A stretch of 24,000 nucleotides of DNA from Alphaproteobacteria bacterium (GTDB lineage: Bacteria; Pseudomonadota; Alphaproteobacteria; Bin65): contig JAJFFJ010000003.1 in NCBI GenBank assembly GCA_021776685.1, positions 15,041 through 39,040 on the forward strand. Direction: 5' to 3'. The notes under the pieces are model-generated. The model was not told where the DNA came from, made no database searches, and saw only the letters and a program-made list of their open reading frames with translations. The stretch's first letter is position 1. Every line of letters begins with the position of its first letter. Position numbers and translations under genes: made by a program. Below are positions 16,570-24,000 of the stretch, piece by piece.

Positions 16570-17661
16570 ATGCTGAAACTTTTCGCCTGTGCAGTGGTCT
16601 TTCTGGTAATCGGCGGAGCCGTGGGCCGCTACTACCTCGCGCCTCCTCCGCCGCCGCCAAAAACCACGCTGAAAATCAAACCCTCGGATCAGGTCTTTCT
16701 GAATTGGCCAATGGCGAGTGCCTATCCCAGTGGCCTGCCGATCTATGGCACCTTGGGAAAACGATTGGCGGAGCAGCTGAGAACCGTCTCGGGCGGGGCA
16801 ATCACCCTGAGTTTCATCGAACCGGGCAAGGAAAACCTGCCTGGGTCCTGCTTCAAGGATTTAAAGGCCGGAAAACGAAAAGCCTGCTGGGGTTCACCGT
16901 CTTACGGGTATCGGTACGAGCGGGCATTGGTCCTTTTTGGCGGCGCACCCTTTGGGCCCGGCGCACGTGAACTGGCGGCCTGGTACAGCTTTGGCGGCGG
17001 CGAAGAGCTTCTCGACGAGATCTACGCCCGTCACGGCATGAAGTCGATCATGTGTGGCGTTGCCCCGGCCGATGCCGGCGGCTGGTTTCGCAAGCCCATC
17101 GAGAATCTGGAGAGCCTGAAAGGCCTGCGGATGCGCATCTTCGGGCTCGGCGCAAGGGTCGTGGAAAAATTGGGAGTTACGACCCGCCACCTGAATGGCG
17201 ACCAGATCATCAACGCTCTCAGGACCGGCCAGATTGATGCGGCAGAGCATTCAATGCCCGCGATTGACGTGGGTGTCGGGTTCCACAAACTTGTAAACAA
17301 CTACTATTTCCCAGGCTGGCATCAGCAGACCACCTTTCTGGAGTTGCTGGTATCACTGCCTGCCTGGAAGCGTCTCCCCGAAACAAGTCGGTCGACGATC
17401 CGCGCAGTTTGCGGCGACAATTTCCGATATAGCCTTGCCGAAGGCGCCGCCATCCAGGCCAGCGCCCTTCGCGAACTGCGCGCAAAAGGTGTGACCATCA
17501 GGACCTGGCCGGCAGATGTGTTGAAGGCGCTGCGCGGTGCCTGGGGTGAGGTCGTCAAGGAAGAGATCGCCGTCGACCCTACCTTCAAGAAGGTTTGGGA
17601 CTCGCTATCATCCTTCCGGGCCGAGTACGCAACATGGAAGCGAATCGGTAGTCTGCCCTAA
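16570..17661 (+). CDS. DctP-type TRAP solute-binding protein (COG4663-like), N-terminally membrane-anchored
   Basis: 363-aa ORF. GGWFRKPIENLESLKGLRMRIFGLGARVVEKLG...DAAE...YYFPGWHQ...TFKKVWDSLSSFRAEY fits the COG4663 DctP subfamily. The N-terminus is a hydrophobic helix followed by PPPPPP (16642..16659). Confidence 0.75.
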   Translation: MLKLFACAVVFLVIGGAVGRYYLAPPPPPPKTTLKIKPSDQVFLNWPMASAYPSGLPIYGTLGKRLAEQLRTVSGGAITLSFIEPGKENLPGSCFKDLKAGKRKACWGSPSYGYRYERALVLFGGAPFGPGARELAAWYSFGGGEELLDEIYARHGMKSIMCGVAPADAGGWFRKPIENLESLKGLRMRIFGLGARVVEKLGVTTRHLNGDQIINALRTGQIDAAEHSMPAIDVGVGFHKLVNNYYFPGWHQQTTFLELLVSLPAWKRLPETSRSTIRAVCGDNFRYSLAEGAAIQASALRELRAKGVTIRTWPADVLKALRGAWGEVVKEEIAVDPTFKKVWDSLSSFRAEYATWKRIGSLP

Positions 17662-17670
17662 TAGGGCATT

Positions 17671-18099
17671 TTAGTCCCGAACCACGAGCACTGACTGCCG
17701 GCTATAGCGGACGACGCGCGCCGCATTCGGCCCCAGGATAACATCGGCAAGCGTTGGCGCGTGGCCGCCGACAACAATCAAGTCTGCATCGATCTGATCT
17801 GCAGCCGTGATGATGTTGGTGTAGATCCGCCCCTGTAGAACCATGTGCTGGACGCGAACCTCCTTGGGTACCGCCTCCATGACCAGCGCCTTGAGGGCCT
17901 GAAGGCCGTCTTCCCTGATTCTTTCTTCCGCGTCTGCTGGAAGATATTGGCCCACCAGCGGCATCCCAACATCGGGCACAACGGTGAGCACGTGGAGCGT
18001 CGTCTCATCGCTGTCCACAAATCTGCAAGAGGCCTCAAGGATTTTCTTTGATGAGTCCAGATCCGCGAGATCAACTGCTGCCAGGATATGCCTGTACAT
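17671..18099 (-). CDS. Universal stress protein (UspA family)
   Basis: ILAAVDLAD...LHVLTVVPD...DLIVVGGHAPTLADVILGPNAARVVRYSRQSVLVVR is the Usp fold pattern. The ATG at 18099 overlaps the permease TGA by 1 nt (alternative GTG at 18102). Confidence 0.8.
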   Translation of the reverse strand: MYRHILAAVDLADLDSSKKILEASCRFVDSDETTLHVLTVVPDVGMPLVGQYLPADAEERIREDGLQALKALVMEAVPKEVRVQHMVLQGRIYTNIITAADQIDADLIVVGGHAPTLADVILGPNAARVVRYSRQSVLVVRD

Positions 18100-20822
18100 C
18101 ACGATCTCTCCCTCGCCAGTTCTGCGATATGCCCACCCCGGGCTGTAACGCGCCGGCCCTGCACCAAATAGAGTCCTACCATGACGCCAAGGGCCGCCAC
18201 CTGCAGGATACGGCGGGCATACTCTGCTGTTTCAGCATCCAGCCCGGCTGAGGAAACTACCAGGTGGGGCACAAACATCAGGACGGAACACAACAAGAGC
18301 AAGAGCCGCTCCGGCCAATTGCACTTGTCAGCGAAATACCCCTGGATGAAGGAGGTGAACGCAACCATTGCCGCTAACGCCATAAAGAAGACGTAGCCGA
18401 TCATCAGCCAGTTATCGATCCAAACCCATTTGTCGGTTGTTGTCACCTCCGCGATCATTAAAATTTCGGTGTTGAAGACAAACATGAACGGCAGGATTGC
18501 CGTGCGAAGATCATAGGTGAATCCTTGGATGCCCGTCTTAATTGGATCAGCCCTGGCAATCGCCGCGGCGGCGTAGGCAGCGAGACCGACCGGTGGCGTG
18601 TCATCAGCCAGAATTCCGAAGTAGAATACGAATAAATGGACCGCGATCACCGGGAAGATCAGTTGCTGGGCTTCGCCGATCTGTAAAATGACCGGCGCAG
18701 TCAACGACGCCATGATGATGTAGTTGGCCGTTGTCGGAAGCCCCATTCCGAGAATCATCGATGTGCCAGCCGTAAGGATCAGCACCAGGATGATGTTCCC
18801 GAAGGCCAGCTGTTCGATAATGGTAACAAAACGGCCGGTAAGGCCGGTGATTTGGACAATACCAACAATGATTCCAGCGGTCGCCGTCGCTATTCCGACG
18901 GAGATCATGTTCCGCGCGCCTGCGATCATGCCGTCCCAAATATCCTTGAGACTGTCCAGGAAAGAAGCAGCGATGATTGGCAGCAGGCTGGCGTCTGGAT
19001 TCAGGTTCCCTTGCTTACGCTGCAACCCCAGCCCGAGCCAGGCAATCATTGGCCGCTGCAACAACATGATTACCACGAGTGAAAGCAGCGCATAAACGGC
19101 TGACTGAATAGGCGTCCGCCTGACCACAATCAGGAAATAGACCAGCACAATGATAGGCACGAGATAGTGCAGGCCGCGCAGGAACGTCTTCAGAAACGCC
19201 GGCAATTCATCTTTGGGAATGCGCCTGATGCCCAGTTTCAGCGCTTCCAGATGGACCACCCAAAACAGCGCCAGATAGGAAATGATTGCCGGGATAAACG
19301 CGGCACGCACGACGTCGATATATTTGATGCCGATTATTTCGGCCATGATGAACGCCGCCGCGCCCATGATCGGCGGCATTAATTGACCATTGGTCGAGGC
19401 CGCGACCTCAATGGCCCCGGCCTTGTAGGCCGGCAAACCGACCTTTTTCATCAGGGGAATTGTGAACGTGCCCGTGGTCACCGTATTGGCAATTGACGAG
19501 CCGGATATGAGGCCCGTCGCGCCGGATGCGAGAACCGCCGCCTTTGCCGGACCGGCCCGTTGCGAACCCAGGCCCGCAAAGGCGACATCGATGAAATATT
19601 TTCCCGCACCTGCCCGGTCCAACAGTGCGCCGAACAAAACGAACAGAAACACGAAACTGACCGACACCTCGATAGGAACGCCGAAGACCGATGTATCCGT
19701 CAGATACATTTCGCCAACGATCTGATCAAGCGGTTGCGGCGGAGGAGTCACGAAATCGCGCAACGGCGGCAGCACCGACTTCAGGAACGCATCCACATCC
19801 GGGAGGCCAATGCTGCGCCCGAATTGCATGCCGGAATAAAGTGAATAGACAAGAAACACACCGGCCAGAACCGTCAGTGGTAGGCCCAGGGAGCGGCGTG
19901 CGGCCTCCAGCAGCAGAAGGATCAGGATTAAGCCAAAGATCATCTGCTGGGGTTCGCTGACCAATCCTCCCGCTTCGATGATCTCGTCAAAATCGTATAT
20001 CAGATAGAGGGTGCAGCACACCGCAACAGCAGCAAAAATGAAGTCGTAGGCGGGAATAACACTCCGAATTCTGGTTGCATGGCCCAGCCCCAACAGGCTG
20101 CTGACAACTCCTCCAATTTCATCATGCGCCAGAAAAATCCGGATCAAGCCGGACAGAAGGCGCCGCACCGCCTCCACCGTGGCTGCGATTGTCAGAATCC
20201 AGAATAAAATATCGGCGACGGGGTTCCAGGGGATCGCTACAGGAATGACGAACAAAACAAAGTCGAGATCAAATTCCCATGTGGAATCGGTTTCCAACCC
20301 CTTGAGAATGCCATCCATATTGGCCCACAGGAGTACTGCCATGAAGGCGAGCAGACTACCTGTCAGGAGATGCCGGCGTGCGCGGAGTGGAAAGACAATG
20401 CCAAACAGGGAAAATGCGCCAACCAGGACAACGAAAATCAGAAATCCCTGCAGCACGTCCTGAAACAGGACGGCTGAGATGCCCAGAAAAACGATCAGCA
20501 ATATCGCTTTCTTGATCAGATATCGGCGCCAATCTTTGGGAGCCTGTATGTCTGACGTCGACTTGAACGCTGGGTAGGCCAGAAACGCCAGGGCCATTGC
20601 GAAAGACAGGTGGATATACCGGGCGACCTTGGCCCCGAACGGATCCTCGGCATGCCAAAGCTGGAAGATCGACCACGCCGCACAGAGCCCTATTATCAGT
20701 GCGCCAGACAACCAGAAGCTTGGGCTTCTTGGACCGCTCTCGACCTCGGCGACGATGTCTTCCGCCACGTGAAGACCCGAATCATCTGCACCTTCTACGG
20801 TTTGCGGATCATTCGCCGACAT
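18099..20822 (-). CDS. TAXI-type TRAP transporter fused permease (DctQ/DctM fusion), 907 aa
   Basis: FQLWHA...ARYIHLSFAMALAFLAYPAF, LLLLEAARRSLG, FVFLFVLFGALLDRAGAGKYFID, GPAKAAVLASGATGLISGSSIANTVTTGTFTIPLMKKVG and GQLMPPIMGAAAF are signature blocks of TAXI-TRAP fused permeases. Confidence 0.88.
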   Translation of the reverse strand: MSANDPQTVEGADDSGLHVAEDIVAEVESGPRSPSFWLSGALIIGLCAAWSIFQLWHAEDPFGAKVARYIHLSFAMALAFLAYPAFKSTSDIQAPKDWRRYLIKKAILLIVFLGISAVLFQDVLQGFLIFVVLVGAFSLFGIVFPLRARRHLLTGSLLAFMAVLLWANMDGILKGLETDSTWEFDLDFVLFVIPVAIPWNPVADILFWILTIAATVEAVRRLLSGLIRIFLAHDEIGGVVSSLLGLGHATRIRSVIPAYDFIFAAVAVCCTLYLIYDFDEIIEAGGLVSEPQQMIFGLILILLLLEAARRSLGLPLTVLAGVFLVYSLYSGMQFGRSIGLPDVDAFLKSVLPPLRDFVTPPPQPLDQIVGEMYLTDTSVFGVPIEVSVSFVFLFVLFGALLDRAGAGKYFIDVAFAGLGSQRAGPAKAAVLASGATGLISGSSIANTVTTGTFTIPLMKKVGLPAYKAGAIEVAASTNGQLMPPIMGAAAFIMAEIIGIKYIDVVRAAFIPAIISYLALFWVVHLEALKLGIRRIPKDELPAFLKTFLRGLHYLVPIIVLVYFLIVVRRTPIQSAVYALLSLVVIMLLQRPMIAWLGLGLQRKQGNLNPDASLLPIIAASFLDSLKDIWDGMIAGARNMISVGIATATAGIIVGIVQITGLTGRFVTIIEQLAFGNIILVLILTAGTSMILGMGLPTTANYIIMASLTAPVILQIGEAQQLIFPVIAVHLFVFYFGILADDTPPVGLAAYAAAAIARADPIKTGIQGFTYDLRTAILPFMFVFNTEILMIAEVTTTDKWVWIDNWLMIGYVFFMALAAMVAFTSFIQGYFADKCNWPERLLLLLCSVLMFVPHLVVSSAGLDAETAEYARRILQVAALGVMVGLYLVQGRRVTARGGHIAELARERS

Positions 20823-20922
20823 GGACTACCCCCTAGGTTAAAACGCCGTCGCGGCAGGGCCTGCCTGGGCGGCCGCCAGCACAAATATCCATGCGCGACG
20901 AAGACAGAGATGCGCCAGATGG

Positions 20923-20955
20923 AAAAAAAGGGAGGAGCGTCGGGCCGCTCCTCCC
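20923..20955 (-). terminator. Rho-independent terminator between the TAXI binding-protein gene and the permease gene
   Basis: The minus strand reads GGGAGGAGCG-GCCCGA-CGCTCCTCCC followed by TTTTTTT: a perfect 10-bp GC-rich stem, a 6-nt loop and a 7-T tract, 31 nt after the TAXI stop. Confidence 0.8.
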
Positions 20956-20985
20956 TCTTTAACTCACCAATTCGGCACCGCTCCT

Positions 20986-21948
20986 TTATTTCATCCAGCC
21001 GCGTTCTTTGTAATATTTGGCAGCCCCGGCATGCAGCGGCGCGGTAAGGCCTTTCATCATGTCCTTCGGGTTCAGGATGCGGAACGCCTTGTGCGCCTTT
21101 TTCAACTCGTCCAGATGCTCGAACACGGTCTTGACCACGTCATAAACCTTCTGGGCCGGCACCTTTGAGCTTGTCACCACGGTCGCCTTCACCGCGTAGG
21201 TCTCCACCGGATAACCAACGCCCTTGTAGGTGTTGGCTGGAATCGTCGTCATCACGTAGTAGGGCCTTGAGGAGACGAATTTCTTGATTGCTGCAGAGTT
21301 GATCGCAATTAGGCGAATGGCAGTCGAGTTAGCCGGCTCTTCAATTGCCGCTGACGGATTGCCGACGGTATAGAAAAAGGCCTGAATCTTCTTGTCGATC
21401 AGCGACCGTGATGCCTGACCTTGCTGGAGACCTTGCGCCCGCAGTCCCTTGAGCTTGTAGATGCGGATCACGTCCTTGGCGTTACCGCGTTGGCCGGAAC
21501 CGGGATTGCCAATATTCACCCGCTTGCCCTTTAGGTCAGCAACCGACTTGATACCGGAATCTGCACGGGCAACGAGCAACACCGTCTCTGGATGGGCGGA
21601 GAAGACACTGCGCAGTTCCTTGATCTTGCCCTTCTTCTTCCAGTTTGCTTCGCCGTTCCATGCCTGGGAATTGCGGTCGGACTGAGCGACGCCAAAGTCC
21701 AGCAGGCCGCGCTTTACCGCGTTGATATTGAACACGGAACCCAGCGCCGGGCGGCCCACACAATTGTATTTCTTGCCCATATGTTTGTTGACCAGGTTAC
21801 ACACGTGAAGCGCCACCTGATAGTAAACGCCGGTTGTTGACCCCCCGCCGATGATAATCGGCTCAGCGGCCTGGGCGTTGCTGATAGCGCCTGCAGACAG
21901 GGTCAGCGCCGTTGACGACGCGATGGCAATGGCTTTGAAACGTATCAT
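20986..21948 (-). CDS. TAXI-family TRAP solute-binding protein (COG2358/NMT1-like), secreted
   Basis: The ATG at 21948 is preceded by AAGGAGAGGAAA. Signal peptide MIRFKAIAIASSTALTLSAGAISNAQA/AEP, then IIIGGGSTTGVYYQVALHVCNLVN, typical of TAXI receptors. The track's 56-aa N-terminal extension is Arg-rich and not credible. Confidence 0.85.
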   Translation of the reverse strand: MIRFKAIAIASSTALTLSAGAISNAQAAEPIIIGGGSTTGVYYQVALHVCNLVNKHMGKKYNCVGRPALGSVFNINAVKRGLLDFGVAQSDRNSQAWNGEANWKKKGKIKELRSVFSAHPETVLLVARADSGIKSVADLKGKRVNIGNPGSGQRGNAKDVIRIYKLKGLRAQGLQQGQASRSLIDKKIQAFFYTVGNPSAAIEEPANSTAIRLIAINSAAIKKFVSSRPYYVMTTIPANTYKGVGYPVETYAVKATVVTSSKVPAQKVYDVVKTVFEHLDELKKAHKAFRILNPKDMMKGLTAPLHAGAAKYYKERGWMK

Positions 21949-22057
21949 TTGCTGTTTCCTCTCCTTCTGACTCCTGCTGACCCGTGATGATTTCGCGAGT
22001 CTTTCCGGGGTGATTTCGATGGCTGCAATCTGCAGGAATGACCGCAGCCGTCTCCAA

Positions 22058-23434
22058 TTACATCGCGACCCTCTGAAACGGAGCGGCAGTCGATTTGCGG
22101 GCCGATGACACCGCATTATCGATTGCCACTGCCAGCAGGGCCACGATTTCGTCTATATCCGATGCATCGACAATGAAGGGAGGTGCGAGCAGGATATGGT
22201 CGCCGTGCCGTCCATCAATCGTGCCGCCCATTGGATAGCACATCAATCCTGCCTCCATGGCCGAAGCCTTTATACGACCATGCATTTTCAGTTCGTGGTC
22301 GAACGGCGCCTTCGTATCCCGGTCTGCGACTAGTTCAATCCCCTGGAACAGTCCTCTTCCCCGAATATCACCTACGTGGGGGTGTTGGCCAAGAGTCCGA
22401 TCCAGTTGCTGGGCCAGGTAGACGCCCATTGATTGAACATTTTCCAGGAGCCGGTCTTCGCGCACGATTTGCTGCACCGCCAGCGCTCCAGCGCACGCCG
22501 TGGCGTGCCCCATATACGTGTGGCCGTGCATGAGTGCGCCGGACCCTGCTTTGACCGCATCGTGGATCCCGCCGGCAATCAAAACGGCACCAATAGGCTG
22601 GTATCCCGCGCCCAAGCCCTTGGCCACGGCTATCATATCAGGAACGATCTCATCAGCGTCGCAGGCGAATCTGTAACCGGTACGCCCCATCCCACACATG
22701 ACTTCATCCAGAATGAGGAGCACGCCATATCGGTTACAAATTTCCCTAATGCGCCGAAAATAGCCATCTGTGGCCGGTACCGCACCCAAGGTTGCGCCCA
22801 CAACAGGTTCAGCAATGAATGCTGCAACAGTTTCCGCACCGAGGGACAGAATCTCATCTTCAAGTTCACCCGCGACTCGAAGGCCATAGGCTTGGAGCGA
22901 TTCGCCCGCGGCCTGCCCACGGTAGGCGTAGCAGGGCGAGATATGCCTCACATTATTGGCCAAAAATGGCTCGAATGGCTGCCGCCGCCACGCATTGCCG
23001 CCGGCCGCGAGCGCGCCCAAAGTGTTGCCGTGATAGCTTTGCCGGCGGGAAATGACATGGCAGCGCTCCGGCTGCCCGATCTCTACAAAATACTGTCGTG
23101 CCAACTTTAATGCGGCCTCAACCGATTCTGATCCGCCGGAAGTGAACATGACCTTCGTCAGCTCCGCCGGCGCATCGGCCACCAGATCAGCTGCCAGGGC
23201 CTCCAGGGGCTCGGTCGTAAAGAAGGATGAATGGGCAAATGCGATCTGATCTAGTTGCTCTCGGATAGCATCTATGACGCCACGATGGTTGTGCCCGAGG
23301 CAGGACACTGCCGCACCGCCCGATGCATCAACGTATCGTCGGCCCAGGTCGTCAAACATATGGATGCCATCCCCCCGCACCGCCCGAGGGAGGTCGCTCA
23401 CGACCTGCCGGTGAAAAACTGCGGTCAAGGTCAA
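22058..23434 (-). CDS. Class-III (omega-type) PLP-dependent aminotransferase, substrate unknown
   Basis: 458-aa ORF. SGGSESVEAALKLARQY, SYHGNTLGAL, LILDEVMCGMGRTG, PLP-lysine context MIAVAKGLGAGYQPIG, HGHTYMGH. TTG start forms a TTGA overlap with the regulator's stop. Confidence 0.85.
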   Translation of the reverse strand: MTLTAVFHRQVVSDLPRAVRGDGIHMFDDLGRRYVDASGGAAVSCLGHNHRGVIDAIREQLDQIAFAHSSFFTTEPLEALAADLVADAPAELTKVMFTSGGSESVEAALKLARQYFVEIGQPERCHVISRRQSYHGNTLGALAAGGNAWRRQPFEPFLANNVRHISPCYAYRGQAAGESLQAYGLRVAGELEDEILSLGAETVAAFIAEPVVGATLGAVPATDGYFRRIREICNRYGVLLILDEVMCGMGRTGYRFACDADEIVPDMIAVAKGLGAGYQPIGAVLIAGGIHDAVKAGSGALMHGHTYMGHATACAGALAVQQIVREDRLLENVQSMGVYLAQQLDRTLGQHPHVGDIRGRGLFQGIELVADRDTKAPFDHELKMHGRIKASAMEAGLMCYPMGGTIDGRHGDHILLAPPFIVDASDIDEIVALLAVAIDNAVSSARKSTAAPFQRVAM

Positions 23435-24000
23435 TCCTCCAACCGGGGGTCAGACCCAAATAGCCCTGGTCGCCGCGGACGCGCCATCCAATAGGCCGAA
23501 AACTCCTGGAGCTGTTCCTCGCTCTCCGCCAGAGCGTCCAACGTTTTCTTGCCGCCCTGAGCTATCAGCAGGGTGACAAGGAGTTGAGCAACTGAAACTG
23601 CCCCTACAAAAGACTGAAAGAAGGACGTACTCCGCGTTCCGACCTCTAGAGATACGGTCGCCTTCATAGCAAGGGGCGAGAGTTTGCTGTCGGTGATCGC
23701 CACCACCGCTGCACTTCGCCGATGGGCTGCCTCTACAATCTCGACAGTTTCGCGGGCATAGGGCGCAAAACTGCACGCAATCAACAGTCCTCCATCACCG
23801 ATTCCGCGCAGTCCGTCGGTGAGGGTACCACCGGTCCCATCGATTAACTTCATGTGAGGGATGATTGCCCGGCACGTATAGTGAAGCAGGAAGGCGACGG
23901 CGTAGGCGCTCCGCAGCCCAACAATGCGGATGTCCTTGCTTGAGGAAATAAGCCGGACGCACTCGTTTAACGCGGCTGGATCCAGCGCATCATACGTCTC
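23431..24000 (-). CDS. RpiR/MurR-family regulator, SIS-domain C-terminal part (N-terminal HTH lies beyond the right edge)
   Basis: The frame stays open upstream of the track ORF: ...LNECVRLISSSKDIRIVGLRSAYAVAFLLHYTCRAIIPHMKLIDGTGG...LLIACSFAPYARETVEIVEAAHRRSAAVVAITDSKLSPLA, a typical SIS phosphosugar-binding fold. Confidence 0.75.
   Translation of the reverse strand, partial: ETYDALDPAALNECVRLISSSKDIRIVGLRSAYAVAFLLHYTCRAIIPHMKLIDGTGGTLTDGLRGIGDGGLLIACSFAPYARETVEIVEAAHRRSAAVVAITDSKLSPLAMKATVSLEVGTRSTSFFQSFVGAVSVAQLLVTLLIAQGGKKTLDALAESEEQLQEFSAYWMARPRRPGLFGSDPRLED

Noticed and set aside
21949-22116. N-terminal extensions suggested by the ORF track: TAXI receptor to 22116, GT2 to 2157, HIT to 4565 and glyQ to 10204.
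   Set aside because: The extensions overlap upstream genes or are Arg-rich, non-conserved sequence. Internal ATG codons restore family-typical N-termini (signal peptide, ATGA/TGATG coupling, strong SD for the TAXI gene).
1-24000. A search for CRISPR arrays, IS elements and transposases, integrases, toxin-antitoxin pairs, restriction-modification or other defence modules.
   Set aside because: There are no regularly spaced repeats, no terminal inverted repeats flanking an ORF, and no ORF with DDE, tyrosine- or serine-recombinase, nuclease or ATPase defence motifs. The only methyltransferase is a housekeeping TrmN6-like enzyme in a conserved context with no partner nuclease.

Overview
The window is a gene-dense, GC-rich chromosomal segment. 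Its gene content and synteny look alphaproteobacterial (inference from glyQ-glyS-ppdK, DUF2007/ispB and TAXI-TRAP). Nearly all real genes are the longest ORF at each locus, and most other track ORFs are antisense or out-of-frame GC artefacts. From 1 to 3.0 kb, a minus-strand envelope/LPS-type operon runs GT9 heptosyltransferase, GT2, GT4, then the N-terminus of a dihydroorotase-family gene that runs off the left edge; every junction overlaps by 1-4 nt. From 3.2 to 13.4 kb the genes are housekeeping: ygfZ, a tightly packed minus-strand glyQ-glyS-ppdK-HIT operon, an S49 peptidase, an N6-adenine-type methyltransferase, a DUF2007 protein and, divergently, ispB. From 13.4 to 16.5 kb lies tRNA-Pro(CGG) with a good sigma70-like promoter. 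It is followed by decayed liv-type ABC transporter remnants, an EamA/DMT exporter and a divergent HxlR regulator. This stretch ends in a 45-nt direct repeat of the tRNA-Pro 3' half, which looks like an att-like scar of an old integration; no integrase is left. From 16.5 to 24 kb there is an orphan, membrane-anchored DctP-type TRAP binding protein. Convergent to it is a minus-strand locus: RpiR/SIS regulator (partial), class-III aminotransferase, TAXI binding protein, a strong intrinsic terminator, an unusually long fused TRAP permease and a universal stress protein. I saw no CRISPR array, transposase, integrase, toxin-antitoxin pair or recognisable defence genes, and I cannot support a claim of a novel multi-gene system here. 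The most second-look-worthy items are the tRNA-Pro islet and the uncharacterised aminotransferase/TAXI-TRAP uptake locus with its atypical components.
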